Positions 1 to 8,899 of a stretch of DNA of 64,000 nucleotides are shown in pieces; the first letter of the stretch is position 1, and every line of letters starts with the position of its first letter. Below the pieces are notes generated by a model. The model saw only the letters and a list, made by a program, of their open reading frames with translations. It did no database searches and was not told the DNA's origin. The stretch lies in NCBI GenBank assembly GCA_963746775.1, contig CAVVCK010000002.1, forward strand, positions 367,592 to 431,591. Direction: 5' to 3'. The position numbers and the translations under genes were made by a program. Origin of the DNA: an uncultured bacterium. GTDB lineage: Bacteria; Patescibacteriota; JABMPQ01; CAVVCK01.

Positions 1-1067
1 AAGTTACATCACCTCTTCTAGTTGCTACATACCAAGTACAATATCCATAGGGGAATCCATTGGCAGAATATCTGGCGGTTGTAGATACTTGCCTACTAGT
101 AGGTGTACTATTACCAGCGCTAGAAGTTGAAGCGGCTGGACTACCAGTGTTTGCACTAGCAAGCAGCGTATTTGTAGGTTGAGCTGGTCTTGGTCTTTCT
201 TTTATTTCTCTCTTACCATCAGGGATAACTAATATCTGACCTGCTTCAATATCTGAGGCAAGTAATAAATTATTATATTTTTTAATTGTCTCTTCATCAA
301 CACCTTGTTTCTTAGCAATACTAGATAGCGTTTCACCAGCATCAACACGCTCAGTTGTACCAGATACAGGTAGAATAGATAAACTCATACCTGGCTTTAT
401 AATATCATCTGCGTATAAATCATTTTCTTGTAAAATTGTAGCTGCATCTATGCTAAATTTCTTAGCTATAGAAGATACTGTATCACCATCTTTTACACTA
501 TATTTAGATACTCCTGATTTTGCTTTTCCTGCCACCTTATCACTAGTCTCAGTCATATTTTTTCTAACCAGGGTATCATTACCTAAAGTATTTAGAGATT
601 CTTTTTCAGCGACATCTTCTTCTGAGGCCATAACGCCTTGATTATTAATAGAACCAGACACAAAGGCCGCTGAAGCCATAGAAATCATTGGCAAATAGTT
701 TTTATCCTTTTTTCTACCAGCATCGAAATCGCTTTTTACAACTTCATACTTATCATCTTCAGGAAATAATAAGTCAACTAAAATACTACTATCTTTAGCA
801 GACACTGTTATTTCATCATTAGCAATGATGTTAAAACCACCAATAGCAAGAGCTACGATAATAACACCAGCGTGTAATGAATTTTTATTTTGTCTTGATA
901 GTAGTTTCTCGTAAATACTTCTTAAATTTTCTACCCTTTCTCTCTTTAAAATATAAACAAATCCTTTTTTTGATTTTTGTATAACTTTTCCTAAAAAGTG
1001 CGATACCTTCTTAAAACTTAATAATAAAGCTTTAATAGGCTTTGAAATTGCTTTTAGGCTTAATTTC
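1..1067 (-). CDS. Membrane-anchored cell-wall hydrolase-like protein with two LysM repeats and a CHAP/NlpC-P60-like domain; 3' end runs off the window
   Basis: Minus-strand ATG at 1067 (MKLSLKAISK...), N-terminal TM segment, two LysM-like repeats (DGDTVSSIAKKF..., AGETLSSIAKKQGV...), then NGFPYGYCTWYVATRRG, which resembles the CHAP/amidase Cys motif. No stop before coordinate 1. Not in the ORF track because it is truncated. Confidence 0.55.
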
Positions 1068-1416
1068 ATATAACTATTTGACTGGTGACCAGATCAAGTA
1101 TAAACAGAATTACATCCACTATCCAGTCAAATTACCCCGAATTTATATAGTACTATGACCTATATAAACTCATATTGGGACCGTAACCCTTTTAAATAAG
1201 GGAATTACACGGAAATTAATCGATCTTTCTAAACACTGTTTTGACTTAATTTTGACTTAAATTAAGGCAAAAAGATGTCTATTGACTATTAAAGATCAAT
1301 CACCTTCTCTTAACTATGTTCACCATACTATATGATTGAAGAATGGTGTCAAGGGAATATCAATTTTCTATATTAAACTATTTTTAGACTTAAATTTTGT
1401 CTTATCAACAGCTAAA

Positions 1417-1815
1417 TTACCTATTATCTCCATCCCCATGTAATGTCCCTCTTTCTTTTCTAGAATATAACTTTTTAATATTTTTTTCAGCTATATCATC
1501 TAGTGATAATTTTAATTCTGTTGCCATTTGGGATAAATACCATAGAACATCACCTAATTCTTTTTCCAATTCTACTCTTTTTTCATTAGTTATACTCCCA
1601 TCTCCGTCTCGAAAAACTTTCTTTATCTTTTCCGCTATTTCTCCTGACTCGCCCACTAAACCTAGTGTAGTATAAACAAAATTATTACCTTGATTAGGAT
1701 AGATAGCTGTTTTCCTTGATTTTTCTTGATATTCTTTGAAATCCACTTTTTTAAATATAAGGCTTAAATTCTTACATTTGTATGTTATCAAATTTCCCAA
1801 TTTTTGAAAGTGCAT
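1417..1815 (-). CDS. MazG-like nucleotide pyrophosphohydrolase (small MazG family)
   Basis: 132 aa; conserved MazG-type helices (LGLVGESGEIAEKIKK, ELGDVLWYLSQMATEL). Confidence 0.55.
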   Translation of the reverse strand: MHFQKLGNLITYKCKNLSLIFKKVDFKEYQEKSRKTAIYPNQGNNFVYTTLGLVGESGEIAEKIKKVFRDGDGSITNEKRVELEKELGDVLWYLSQMATELKLSLDDIAEKNIKKLYSRKERGTLHGDGDNR

Positions 1816-3221
1816 AACATTTACAACAAATTGAACGATTACAACATTTAGAGCATTTCACAACACATCCTACTAGAACGCATAAAGTGAGGAGAGAGAT
1901 TTTTAACCCGAAGGGTTAACCCCTGATAGGAGTATTTCCTTATAGGGTTAATATTCTCAATTTATATATAATATAATTACATAAAAAATGAGAATGTCTT
2001 CATGCGTTCTAGTAAAAAGTGTTTTTTTATAAAAGTTATTTACCTGGCTTTAGCCAGATATAATCAGAATGGCTGGCTAAAGCCAGGTAAATAATTATTC
2101 TTATTTTTTTAATGTTTTAATGAGTCATGCCGCCATCCATTGAAAAACAGAGGAATTAAACTTAAAAGCTTTCATTATTACTTTAACTCTTAGTTTCAAC
2201 ATTCATCCTCCGAAATCTTAAATAAAGGAAGATTCTTTTCCGCTTGCGCAGGCAAGCCTCTGCTTATCAATAGATAGTTATATTTTCTCCCCTTTCTAAG
2301 GGGAGGTAGAGGGGTATTCACAATGTTCTTGTGATTCTATTTAATAACGTGATAAAAATCCCTTTATAACTCTCCCTTTTATAGGGGAAACTTATTTTTA
2401 ATGTTCTTGTGTTATCTTGTTATCTTGATTCCACCCATCAGTAGAAGGAAAGAAGCTTAGGACTTATAAAATATATTTAAGGCCCTAGAACTTTTATCTC
2501 TCTCCTTCTGCTGTTAGATAGAATCTTATCCTTCTCCCCTCAATTGAGAAGAAGAAGAATATAGAATATATGTTTTAATGTTATTGTGTTATTTTGTTAT
2601 CTTGATTTTCCCCCAAAGTAATGAAGAGAAGTACCTACGAGGGACATACAATGTTATTAATTCCCTATAGATAACTCTCTCCTCTCCATTACCCTGAAGG
2701 ATTTATTCTCCTAAAGAAAGGGTATTTACAATGTTTTACAATTCTTACCAGAATAATGAAGAGGACAAGCCTTAGGGTATATAATATTACTTTGACCCTA
2801 AAAAGCTTATTTACTCTCTCCCCTTCATTATTCCGATAAATAAAATACGGGTGACTCAATAAGGAAGAGCCACCCGTATTTATATATTACTACAATATTT
2901 AACAAATCTATCAAATATTATATAAATGTATCCACCACAAAAGGTGGACTTAGGTTAAAAACGGTTTACAGCACCGTTTTTTAGCTGACTCTCTCCCCAG
3001 AGAATTTGCTAATATCTATTAATTTGTGAAAGTTCTTTTTGGACAATTTTCATTTTACTTGAATATTATATCATATATTAAAAAATATGTCAATACTATT
3101 TTGACATATTCTATATATTATTATGTAATATTTACTATATTTAGCTTAAAATAGCTATTTTAAGCTAAATTAAAAATATCTATTACCTTGGAAATATTTT
3201 TTATATTAATTTTTGAATTAA

Positions 3222-3515
3222 TTACTGAACTGCCAACTCCCCAGAAAAAGGACTACTTTTCAATAATACCCCTTCTTCTTTTTCAGTAATCGCTTTCTTT
3301 CTTTTTAAAGTTTTAACTATATTATTTACTCTACTATCCACTTTACGAATTACAGGCATATCTTTACTTTTTTGTATTTCAGCGCTTACATGCTTTTTCA
3401 TATTTTCTTCAAGTTCTTTCAATTCATCTTCTAGGTTTTTATGCGTTGCAAACTTTTCCAAATTTTCTTTTTTAACAACATTCCTCTCTATAGAAATAGC
3501 CAAATTTTCTACCAA
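3222..3515 (-). CDS. Hypothetical coiled-coil protein (TTG start)
   Basis: 97-aa ORF, K/E-rich, no recognisable motif; a tandem 21-bp repeat lies immediately upstream. Confidence 0.3.
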   Translation of the reverse strand: MVENLAISIERNVVKKENLEKFATHKNLEDELKELEENMKKHVSAEIQKSKDMPVIRKVDSRVNNIVKTLKRKKAITEKEEGVLLKSSPFSGELAVQ

Positions 3516-3529
3516 ATTACTTAGTTTAT

Positions 3530-3650
3530 CAAATTTTTTTATCTATTTTATCAAATTTAAGATCAAACTTATTATTTACTTTTTTAAACTCGTTATCTAC
3601 TTTCTTAAATTTATTATCTATTTTTTTAAACTCATTTTTTGTTTCTTTAT
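3530..3650. repeat. Tandem ~21-bp repeats (ttatctaYtttNttaaaYt), 5 copies
   Basis: Read by eye. On the minus strand they encode a 40-aa ORF MDKETKNEFKKIDNKFKKVDNEFKKVNNKFDLKFDKIDKK. Confidence 0.5.
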
Positions 3651-3682
3651 CCATATTTTTATTTTAAGATTTTCATTTTATA

Positions 3683-4282
3683 CTATTTTATTTCTTTAGC
3701 CAAATTGAAGACCTTTTTATTCATTTCAAAATATTTCTCATTAATAATATTCTTTATACCACCTAATAGTTTATCTTCTTCTAAAGGAATATAGCCTTTA
3801 TGGAATGCATAACCTAACAAAAATATATTCAAGGGTACATTATTACCCACTGCTTTTCTAACTATACTGTCGCCTTCTACAAAATCTATTTTTTTTGTAA
3901 ATTTTTCAATGTCGCTTCTAATTTCTTCTGTATTAGGATAGGGTTTTTTATCAAAATTAACTGAGATAGGTACAATTTTAGTATTATTTATTACTACCTG
4001 AGTATCCTTGGAAGCATAAATTAATGATCTTAAAGCTTCTACCGGCTCAGTCGATAAAATCAAATCAGCTCCAGCTTGAGGTACTAAAGAGGAGTGGACT
4101 TTTTCACCAAATTTTACATGCGACTGCGTAGCTCCGCCTCTTTGTGCCAATCCATGTACTTCGGACATTTTTACATCCAATCCAGATAACATCGCCGCTT
4201 CAGCAATAATTCTGGAGAGAGTAATGCCGCCTTGACCACCGACAGCAGGAATGACTATGTTGTATGTTTCTTTATTTTGCAT
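3683..4282 (-). CDS. iorB: Indolepyruvate:ferredoxin oxidoreductase subunit beta
   Basis: 199 aa, IPAVGGQGGITLSRIIA; sits immediately downstream of iorA. Confidence 0.75.
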   Translation of the reverse strand: MQNKETYNIVIPAVGGQGGITLSRIIAEAAMLSGLDVKMSEVHGLAQRGGATQSHVKFGEKVHSSLVPQAGADLILSTEPVEALRSLIYASKDTQVVINNTKIVPISVNFDKKPYPNTEEIRSDIEKFTKKIDFVEGDSIVRKAVGNNVPLNIFLLGYAFHKGYIPLEEDKLLGGIKNIINEKYFEMNKKVFNLAKEIK

Positions 4283-4353
4283 AAGATTATTTTTAATTAA
4301 GAAAGTAATTATCTATATAGCTAATTTTTTTTAAAATTTATTGGCATTATTTT

Positions 4354-6240
4354 TTAGAACAGTTTAATAGCTCCAAACGGACAAACCTGCGAACACGCTC
4401 CGCAACCAGAACATAACTCTTTATCAATAAAATATTTATCACCTTCGTGTTGAATTGCTGGACAAGCATATTGATTAGTACAAGTACCACACTTTTTACA
4501 TTCACTCTGATCTATTTCAAAAGGAATAATTTTCTGCCCGCTCTTTCTCATTTCACTCCAGCGAAGAAGAATACAAGGCCCCTTAGCAACTAATACTGAT
4601 GGCCCCTTAACTTCCAATAATTCTTTGACCGCTGCTTGTGTTTCTTTCAAATTATAAACACTGACAACTTTCATATGCTTAATTCCACAAGCGCGTACAA
4701 TTTCTTCTACATTTACTTCACTAACTTTTTCTCTCATACCATTTCGACCCATGCCTGGATTAGGCTGATGACCAGTCATGGCTGTGATCCTATTATCCAT
4801 GATTACTATTAAAGAATTGGAATTATTATAGACAGTATTCAAAAGTCCGGAAATTCCAGCGTGAAAAAATGTTCCATCCCCAATAAATGAAATAGTTTTA
4901 TTTTTCTTAGCAGTTTCTGTACCAAAATAATCAGCCGCTTTTCTAATACCATGAACAATCCCAATATTGGCTCCCATATCATACATAAAATCAGCCATTT
5001 CGTAAGGAGGAAAAGCACCCAACATATAGCAACCAATATCTCCGCCAAAGACTGTACCTTGAGGCGCCATTTTTTTAACAGAGAAAAAGGTAGCACGATG
5101 CGGACAGCCCGGACACATTACAGGATATCTTCTAATAATATCTAAATCCTTAAATCTTTTTAAATGATCATCTAAATTTATTCGCTCAGATTTATTAAGT
5201 AATTTTGATAAAGCTTTTTCAACTATTTCTGGCCTGAGCTCTCCAGATCTTGGAATTAATTCTTTACCAGTTACTTTTAGTCCACAATTAACCTTACCTG
5301 CAATTGCTCTAACATCATTTTCTACCATAGGCTCCAGCTCATCAACAACTAATACTTCCTCTTTATCCTTAATAAAATCGGAAATATTTTTCTCCGGTAC
5401 AGGATAAGTTGCCCCTAATTTTAAAATAGGTAGTTTTATTCCTAAATTATCCAATGCTTCTCGGACATAACACATAGAAACGCCAGAAGTTATAATGCCA
5501 AATTTACTTTTTTCATCATTATTTTCAACATAATTAAAACTTGATTCTTCGAAATCTTTTTGTAATTCTTTTAGTTTCCCTAATATTCTATTGTGATTCT
5601 CTATCATTTTAGGAGCAAAGGTGAAATAACGATCATGGTCTTTCTTAAATTCCGCCTTCTGTCCAGTAGTACCCTTAATTTCTCCAACATTTACTGGACT
5701 TGAAGTATGGCATACTCTAGTAGTTAAACGCAGCATTACCGGAATTTTATACTTAGCTGATATTTCATAAGCCTTTTTAGTATAATCTAGCGCCTCTTGA
5801 GGATCTGATGGTTCAATCAAAGGAGCATTAGCCATACGTGCATAATAACGCGTATCTTGTTCTGATTGTACTGAACTCCAGCATTGTGGATCATCAGTAA
5901 CCACTATCACTATAGGTCCATCTGATTCTACATAGAAAGCAGGCATAAAACTATCTGAAGCAACATTCAAACCAAAGCTTTTAAATGAAACCATGGTCTT
6001 AAGACCAGATAGTGAGGCACCAATTCCGGCTTCTAAGGCTACTTTCTCATTTGTAGAATATTCAAAATACATCCCAGCATCTTTAGCAATTTCAGAAAAA
6101 GTATCCCCTATTTCTGAGGAAGGTGTGCCAGGGTAACAAGATGAAAAAGCAACACCTGATTCAAGCGCACCACGTACCACCGCTTCATTACCAAGCATAA
6201 ATAATTTCTTATCTTTATTTAAAACGTTTGTTTTACCCAT
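4354..6240 (-). CDS. iorA: Indolepyruvate:ferredoxin oxidoreductase subunit alpha (TPP-dependent, 2x[4Fe-4S])
   Basis: 628 aa; TPP-binding region GDGTFFHAG; C-terminal ferredoxin motifs CKKCGTCTNQYACPA and CSGCGACSQVCPFGAI. Confidence 0.85.
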   Translation of the reverse strand: MGKTNVLNKDKKLFMLGNEAVVRGALESGVAFSSCYPGTPSSEIGDTFSEIAKDAGMYFEYSTNEKVALEAGIGASLSGLKTMVSFKSFGLNVASDSFMPAFYVESDGPIVIVVTDDPQCWSSVQSEQDTRYYARMANAPLIEPSDPQEALDYTKKAYEISAKYKIPVMLRLTTRVCHTSSPVNVGEIKGTTGQKAEFKKDHDRYFTFAPKMIENHNRILGKLKELQKDFEESSFNYVENNDEKSKFGIITSGVSMCYVREALDNLGIKLPILKLGATYPVPEKNISDFIKDKEEVLVVDELEPMVENDVRAIAGKVNCGLKVTGKELIPRSGELRPEIVEKALSKLLNKSERINLDDHLKRFKDLDIIRRYPVMCPGCPHRATFFSVKKMAPQGTVFGGDIGCYMLGAFPPYEMADFMYDMGANIGIVHGIRKAADYFGTETAKKNKTISFIGDGTFFHAGISGLLNTVYNNSNSLIVIMDNRITAMTGHQPNPGMGRNGMREKVSEVNVEEIVRACGIKHMKVVSVYNLKETQAAVKELLEVKGPSVLVAKGPCILLRWSEMRKSGQKIIPFEIDQSECKKCGTCTNQYACPAIQHEGDKYFIDKELCSGCGACSQVCPFGAIKLF

Positions 6241-6431
6241 ATATTTTTTATACTTAATTATTTTTAAAATGATAAATACTCCGTAGCCTTTATTAAAATT
6301 ATATTTTACTTATAAATAAAATAAATAATTATGTTACATAAAACATGAAAATTTTAAAGGCGAAGGAGTATAAAAATTATAAATTTATAAACTTGAATTT
6401 ATATTATAGGAAATTATTATAGGAGTGGCAA

Positions 6432-6462
6432 ATAAAAAACTAGGGTTATAAATTCCTAGTTC
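6432..6462 (-). terminator. Rho-independent terminator-like hairpin downstream of 6474..6965
   Basis: aactagg...cctagtt stem followed by a T-run on the minus strand. Confidence 0.45.
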
Positions 6463-6473
6463 TTATTAATTTT

Positions 6474-6965
6474 CTATAAATCCTTAATTCCTTTTTCTTT
6501 TCTTATTTTCTCCCATTCTTTTTCTACTACTTTTAAATGCCTATCGGTATCTGTCCTTAATTTATCTAATAAATCTTTTAAATATTGTATATCTGTACTG
6601 ACAATTTCAAAGCATTTATTTTCCAAAAATGAACTTTCTATTATTCTAGCGATAGATATAGCATCTAATATACCAAAATCTTTTTTATCCACCTTTTTCA
6701 TGCTTTCTTCAATTTGATCACTAAAATAATCAACACTGTTAATAATTTTCTTACTTTGCGTAAAATAAACTTTTCCGTCTAACATTTCACCAGCTATTCT
6801 CCTAATCCAAGCAGCATGCCTTAATTCTTCTCCAGCAATATTTTTCCAGAATTTACTATAATCCTCAAATTTCCTGGCAAATTTTTTATATAACTCACTC
6901 AGTCTCTCTTCATTAGAAGCCATTTTCTTTAATGTTTCTATTTGTTTGTCTTTACTCTTAACCAT
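6474..6965 (-). CDS. Ferritin-like/rubrerythrin-like four-helix-bundle protein (tandem paralog 1)
   Basis: 163 aa; E...EELRH...E...DRH pattern reminiscent of diiron ferritin-like helices; strongly similar to the neighbouring ORF. Confidence 0.4.
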   Translation of the reverse strand: MVKSKDKQIETLKKMASNEERLSELYKKFARKFEDYSKFWKNIAGEELRHAAWIRRIAGEMLDGKVYFTQSKKIINSVDYFSDQIEESMKKVDKKDFGILDAISIARIIESSFLENKCFEIVSTDIQYLKDLLDKLRTDTDRHLKVVEKEWEKIRKEKGIKDL

Positions 6966-6985
6966 AATATTTATTCATTAAACAA

Positions 6986-7471
6986 TTAATTTTCTAAACC
7001 CTCTTCTCTTCTAAGTTTTTTCCATTCCTCCTCTACTTGATGTAAATGATCTTGAGTAGCTTTTTTTAATCTATTTAGTAAATCCTCAAGTTCAGGAGAA
7101 TTTGATTTAACAATCTCAAAACATTTATTTTCCAAAAGTGAGCTTTCCAATATTCTGGAAATAGAAATAGCGTTGATTAGTTTAAAATTTTTATTATCCA
7201 TTTCTTTCATGCTTTCTCTGACTTGATCAGTAAAATATTCAATCCCCGTAACCATTAAACTATCCTGATTATATAATACGCTTCCTTCTCTTATTTTATT
7301 GCTTAAATCCCTTATCCAGTCAGCGTGATCCACTTCTTCATAAGCTAAATGCTGCCAAAATTCTGTATGCGTTTTAAATTTTTTCGCAAAAGATTGGTAA
7401 AGCTCGCTTAAAAGCTCTTCATTAGAAGCCATTTTTTCTAATATTCCCAATTGTTTGTCCTCTTTATTCAT
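6986..7471 (-). CDS. Ferritin-like/rubrerythrin-like protein (tandem paralog 2)
   Basis: 161 aa; MASNEELLSELY...EEVDHADWIR; paralog of 6474..6965. Confidence 0.4.
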   Translation of the reverse strand: MNKEDKQLGILEKMASNEELLSELYQSFAKKFKTHTEFWQHLAYEEVDHADWIRDLSNKIREGSVLYNQDSLMVTGIEYFTDQVRESMKEMDNKNFKLINAISISRILESSLLENKCFEIVKSNSPELEDLLNRLKKATQDHLHQVEEEWKKLRREEGLEN

Positions 7472-7548
7472 AAAATTGTAATAATTATAATCTATTTAAT
7501 TATTTTAGCATAAAATTAAGTTCTAACCAATTTTTGAATAAAAATTTG

Positions 7549-7770
7549 CTATTCTAAAACTTCAAAAACCTTACTCCTACTCTTTCCTCCTCTAATCAAC
7601 CTAAATTTATTTTGCTCTATTCTAAAATAGCTAGCTAAGATTTGTAAAACTTTTTCGTTAGCTCTTCCTTGCTCTGCTTTTTCTTTTACTCTCACTTCAA
7701 AACTATCCTCTCTTTTTTTTATAATTTCATCTTTTTTTGATTTGGGAAATACTTTAACTCTTATCAACAT
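7549..7770 (-). CDS. DUF167/YggU family protein
   Basis: 73 aa; MLIRVKVFPKSKKDEI...RANEKVLQILASYF...RLIRGGKSRSKVFEV, typical of YggU. Confidence 0.65.
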   Translation of the reverse strand: MLIRVKVFPKSKKDEIIKKREDSFEVRVKEKAEQGRANEKVLQILASYFRIEQNKFRLIRGGKSRSKVFEVLE

Positions 7771-7892
7771 ACAATTATATTAAGGAATAACGAATTGAGC
7801 GGAGCGAAATTCGTTATTCTATCTATAACACATTCCCCTTCGGTCAATGTGTCACTCCAAATAACTTTTTGCTTGATTATTTTGTTCCTATA

Positions 7893-8066
7893 TTATCTTG
7901 TTTTTTTTGATCCCCTATTACTCATATAACTATGCACAATCCTCTCCACCAAAATCAAGGCAGCATCATCAAAATATCCTGGGATTAAATCCGGTGCAAT
8001 AAAATAAATTAAAACTAAAATTAGAGACCAATTTTTCTTGAAAAATATTTTTGTCTTGCTTGGCAT
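7893..8066 (-). CDS. Small DUF1232/YkvA-like membrane protein
   Basis: Unlisted ~57-aa minus ORF: MPSKTKIFFKKNWSLILVLIYFIAPDLIPGYFDDAALILVERIVHSYMSNRGSKKTR; the DxIPxxxDD motif is typical of DUF1232. Confidence 0.45.
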   Translation of the reverse strand: MPSKTKIFFKKNWSLILVLIYFIAPDLIPGYFDDAALILVERIVHSYMSNRGSKKTR

Positions 8067-8084
8067 ACTTTTTTAATTATTAAA

Positions 8085-8093
8085 AAATGTTAT
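8085..8093 (+). promoter_or_regulatory. Extended -10 promoter element (TGtTATAAT) upstream of the heliorhodopsin gene
   Basis: tgttataat lies 36 bp upstream of the ATG at 8129. Confidence 0.4.
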
Positions 8094-8128
8094 AATAAAT
8101 AAAATTGCTAAAAAATAATAAAAATAAA

Positions 8129-8899
8129 ATGAAACAGGAGAAAAAATTTAAAAAGCTACGTATTTTTAATGTAGTTATGGGATTCTTTCATGCTCTTCAG
8201 GGAACCTTAATGCTTTATTTGAGTAATGATTTCACTCTGCCTATTAATTCTTCTTTTTTAAAATTTATTCCGGAAAAACAAGCTCTTTCTCCTTTTATTG
8301 AAAAACTATACGATATAAAAGTTGGACCGGCTATTGCTTGTTTTCTATTTCTCTCTGCTTTGGCTCATTTTATTATCAGCCTGCCCGGTATAAATAGCTG
8401 GTATGTTAAGAATTTGAAAAAAGGCGCTAATTTTGCCCGCTGGATAGAATATTCCGCTAGCTCGTCTTTAATGATTGTTATAATCTCTATGTTAGTCGGT
8501 ATTTATGATATTGCCAGCTTAATTTTAATTTTTGCCGTAAATACTTGTATGATTTTATTCGGCTGGATGATGGAGCGGCACAATATGGATACTAATAAAG
8601 TTAATTGGACATCTTTTATTTTTGGCTCCTTTGCCGGATTAATACCTTGGGTTTGTGTTGCTATTTATTTATTCGGTTCCGGTGATGGTGATAATAAAGC
8701 GCCAACCTTTGTTTACTGGATATTTTTCTCAATGTTTATATTCTTTAATTTATTCGCCATTAATATGATTCTGCAATATAAAAAAGTTGGTCCCTGGAGG
8801 GATTATTTATTTGGTGAAAAAATGTATATAATTTTAAGCTTAGTTGCCAAGTCTCTACTCGCCTGGCAAGTTTTTGCTGGAACCCTAAGACCAGTATAA
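8129..8899 (+). CDS. Heliorhodopsin (7TM microbial rhodopsin of the heliorhodopsin family)
   Basis: The track ORF 8105..8899 starts at TTG; the ATG at 8129 is likely the real start. Strong colinear similarity to heliorhodopsin 48C12 as I recall it: FHALQ, NDFTLP, FLFLSALAHFI, RWIEYSASSSLMIVI, MILFGW, LIPW, FVYWIFFSMFIFFNLFA, QYKKVGPWRDYLFGEKMYIILSLVAKSLLAWQVFAGTLRPV. The TM7 retinal lysine sits in SLVAKS. Confidence 0.9.
   Translation: MKQEKKFKKLRIFNVVMGFFHALQGTLMLYLSNDFTLPINSSFLKFIPEKQALSPFIEKLYDIKVGPAIACFLFLSALAHFIISLPGINSWYVKNLKKGANFARWIEYSASSSLMIVIISMLVGIYDIASLILIFAVNTCMILFGWMMERHNMDTNKVNWTSFIFGSFAGLIPWVCVAIYLFGSGDGDNKAPTFVYWIFFSMFIFFNLFAINMILQYKKVGPWRDYLFGEKMYIILSLVAKSLLAWQVFAGTLRPV

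Noticed and set aside
1397-1675. Plus-strand 92-aa ORF
   Set aside because: Lies wholly antisense to the MazG-like gene; low-complexity translation and no motif.
2270-2860. Possible CRISPR array
   Set aside because: Repeats are degenerate and irregularly spaced, with only two good 33-bp copies. No cas genes are nearby. Treated as a degenerate tandem-repeat/hairpin region instead.
4839-5145. ORFs 4839..5096 (-) and 4951..5145 (+) inside iorA
   Set aside because: Embedded in or antisense to a well-supported 628-aa gene; spurious.
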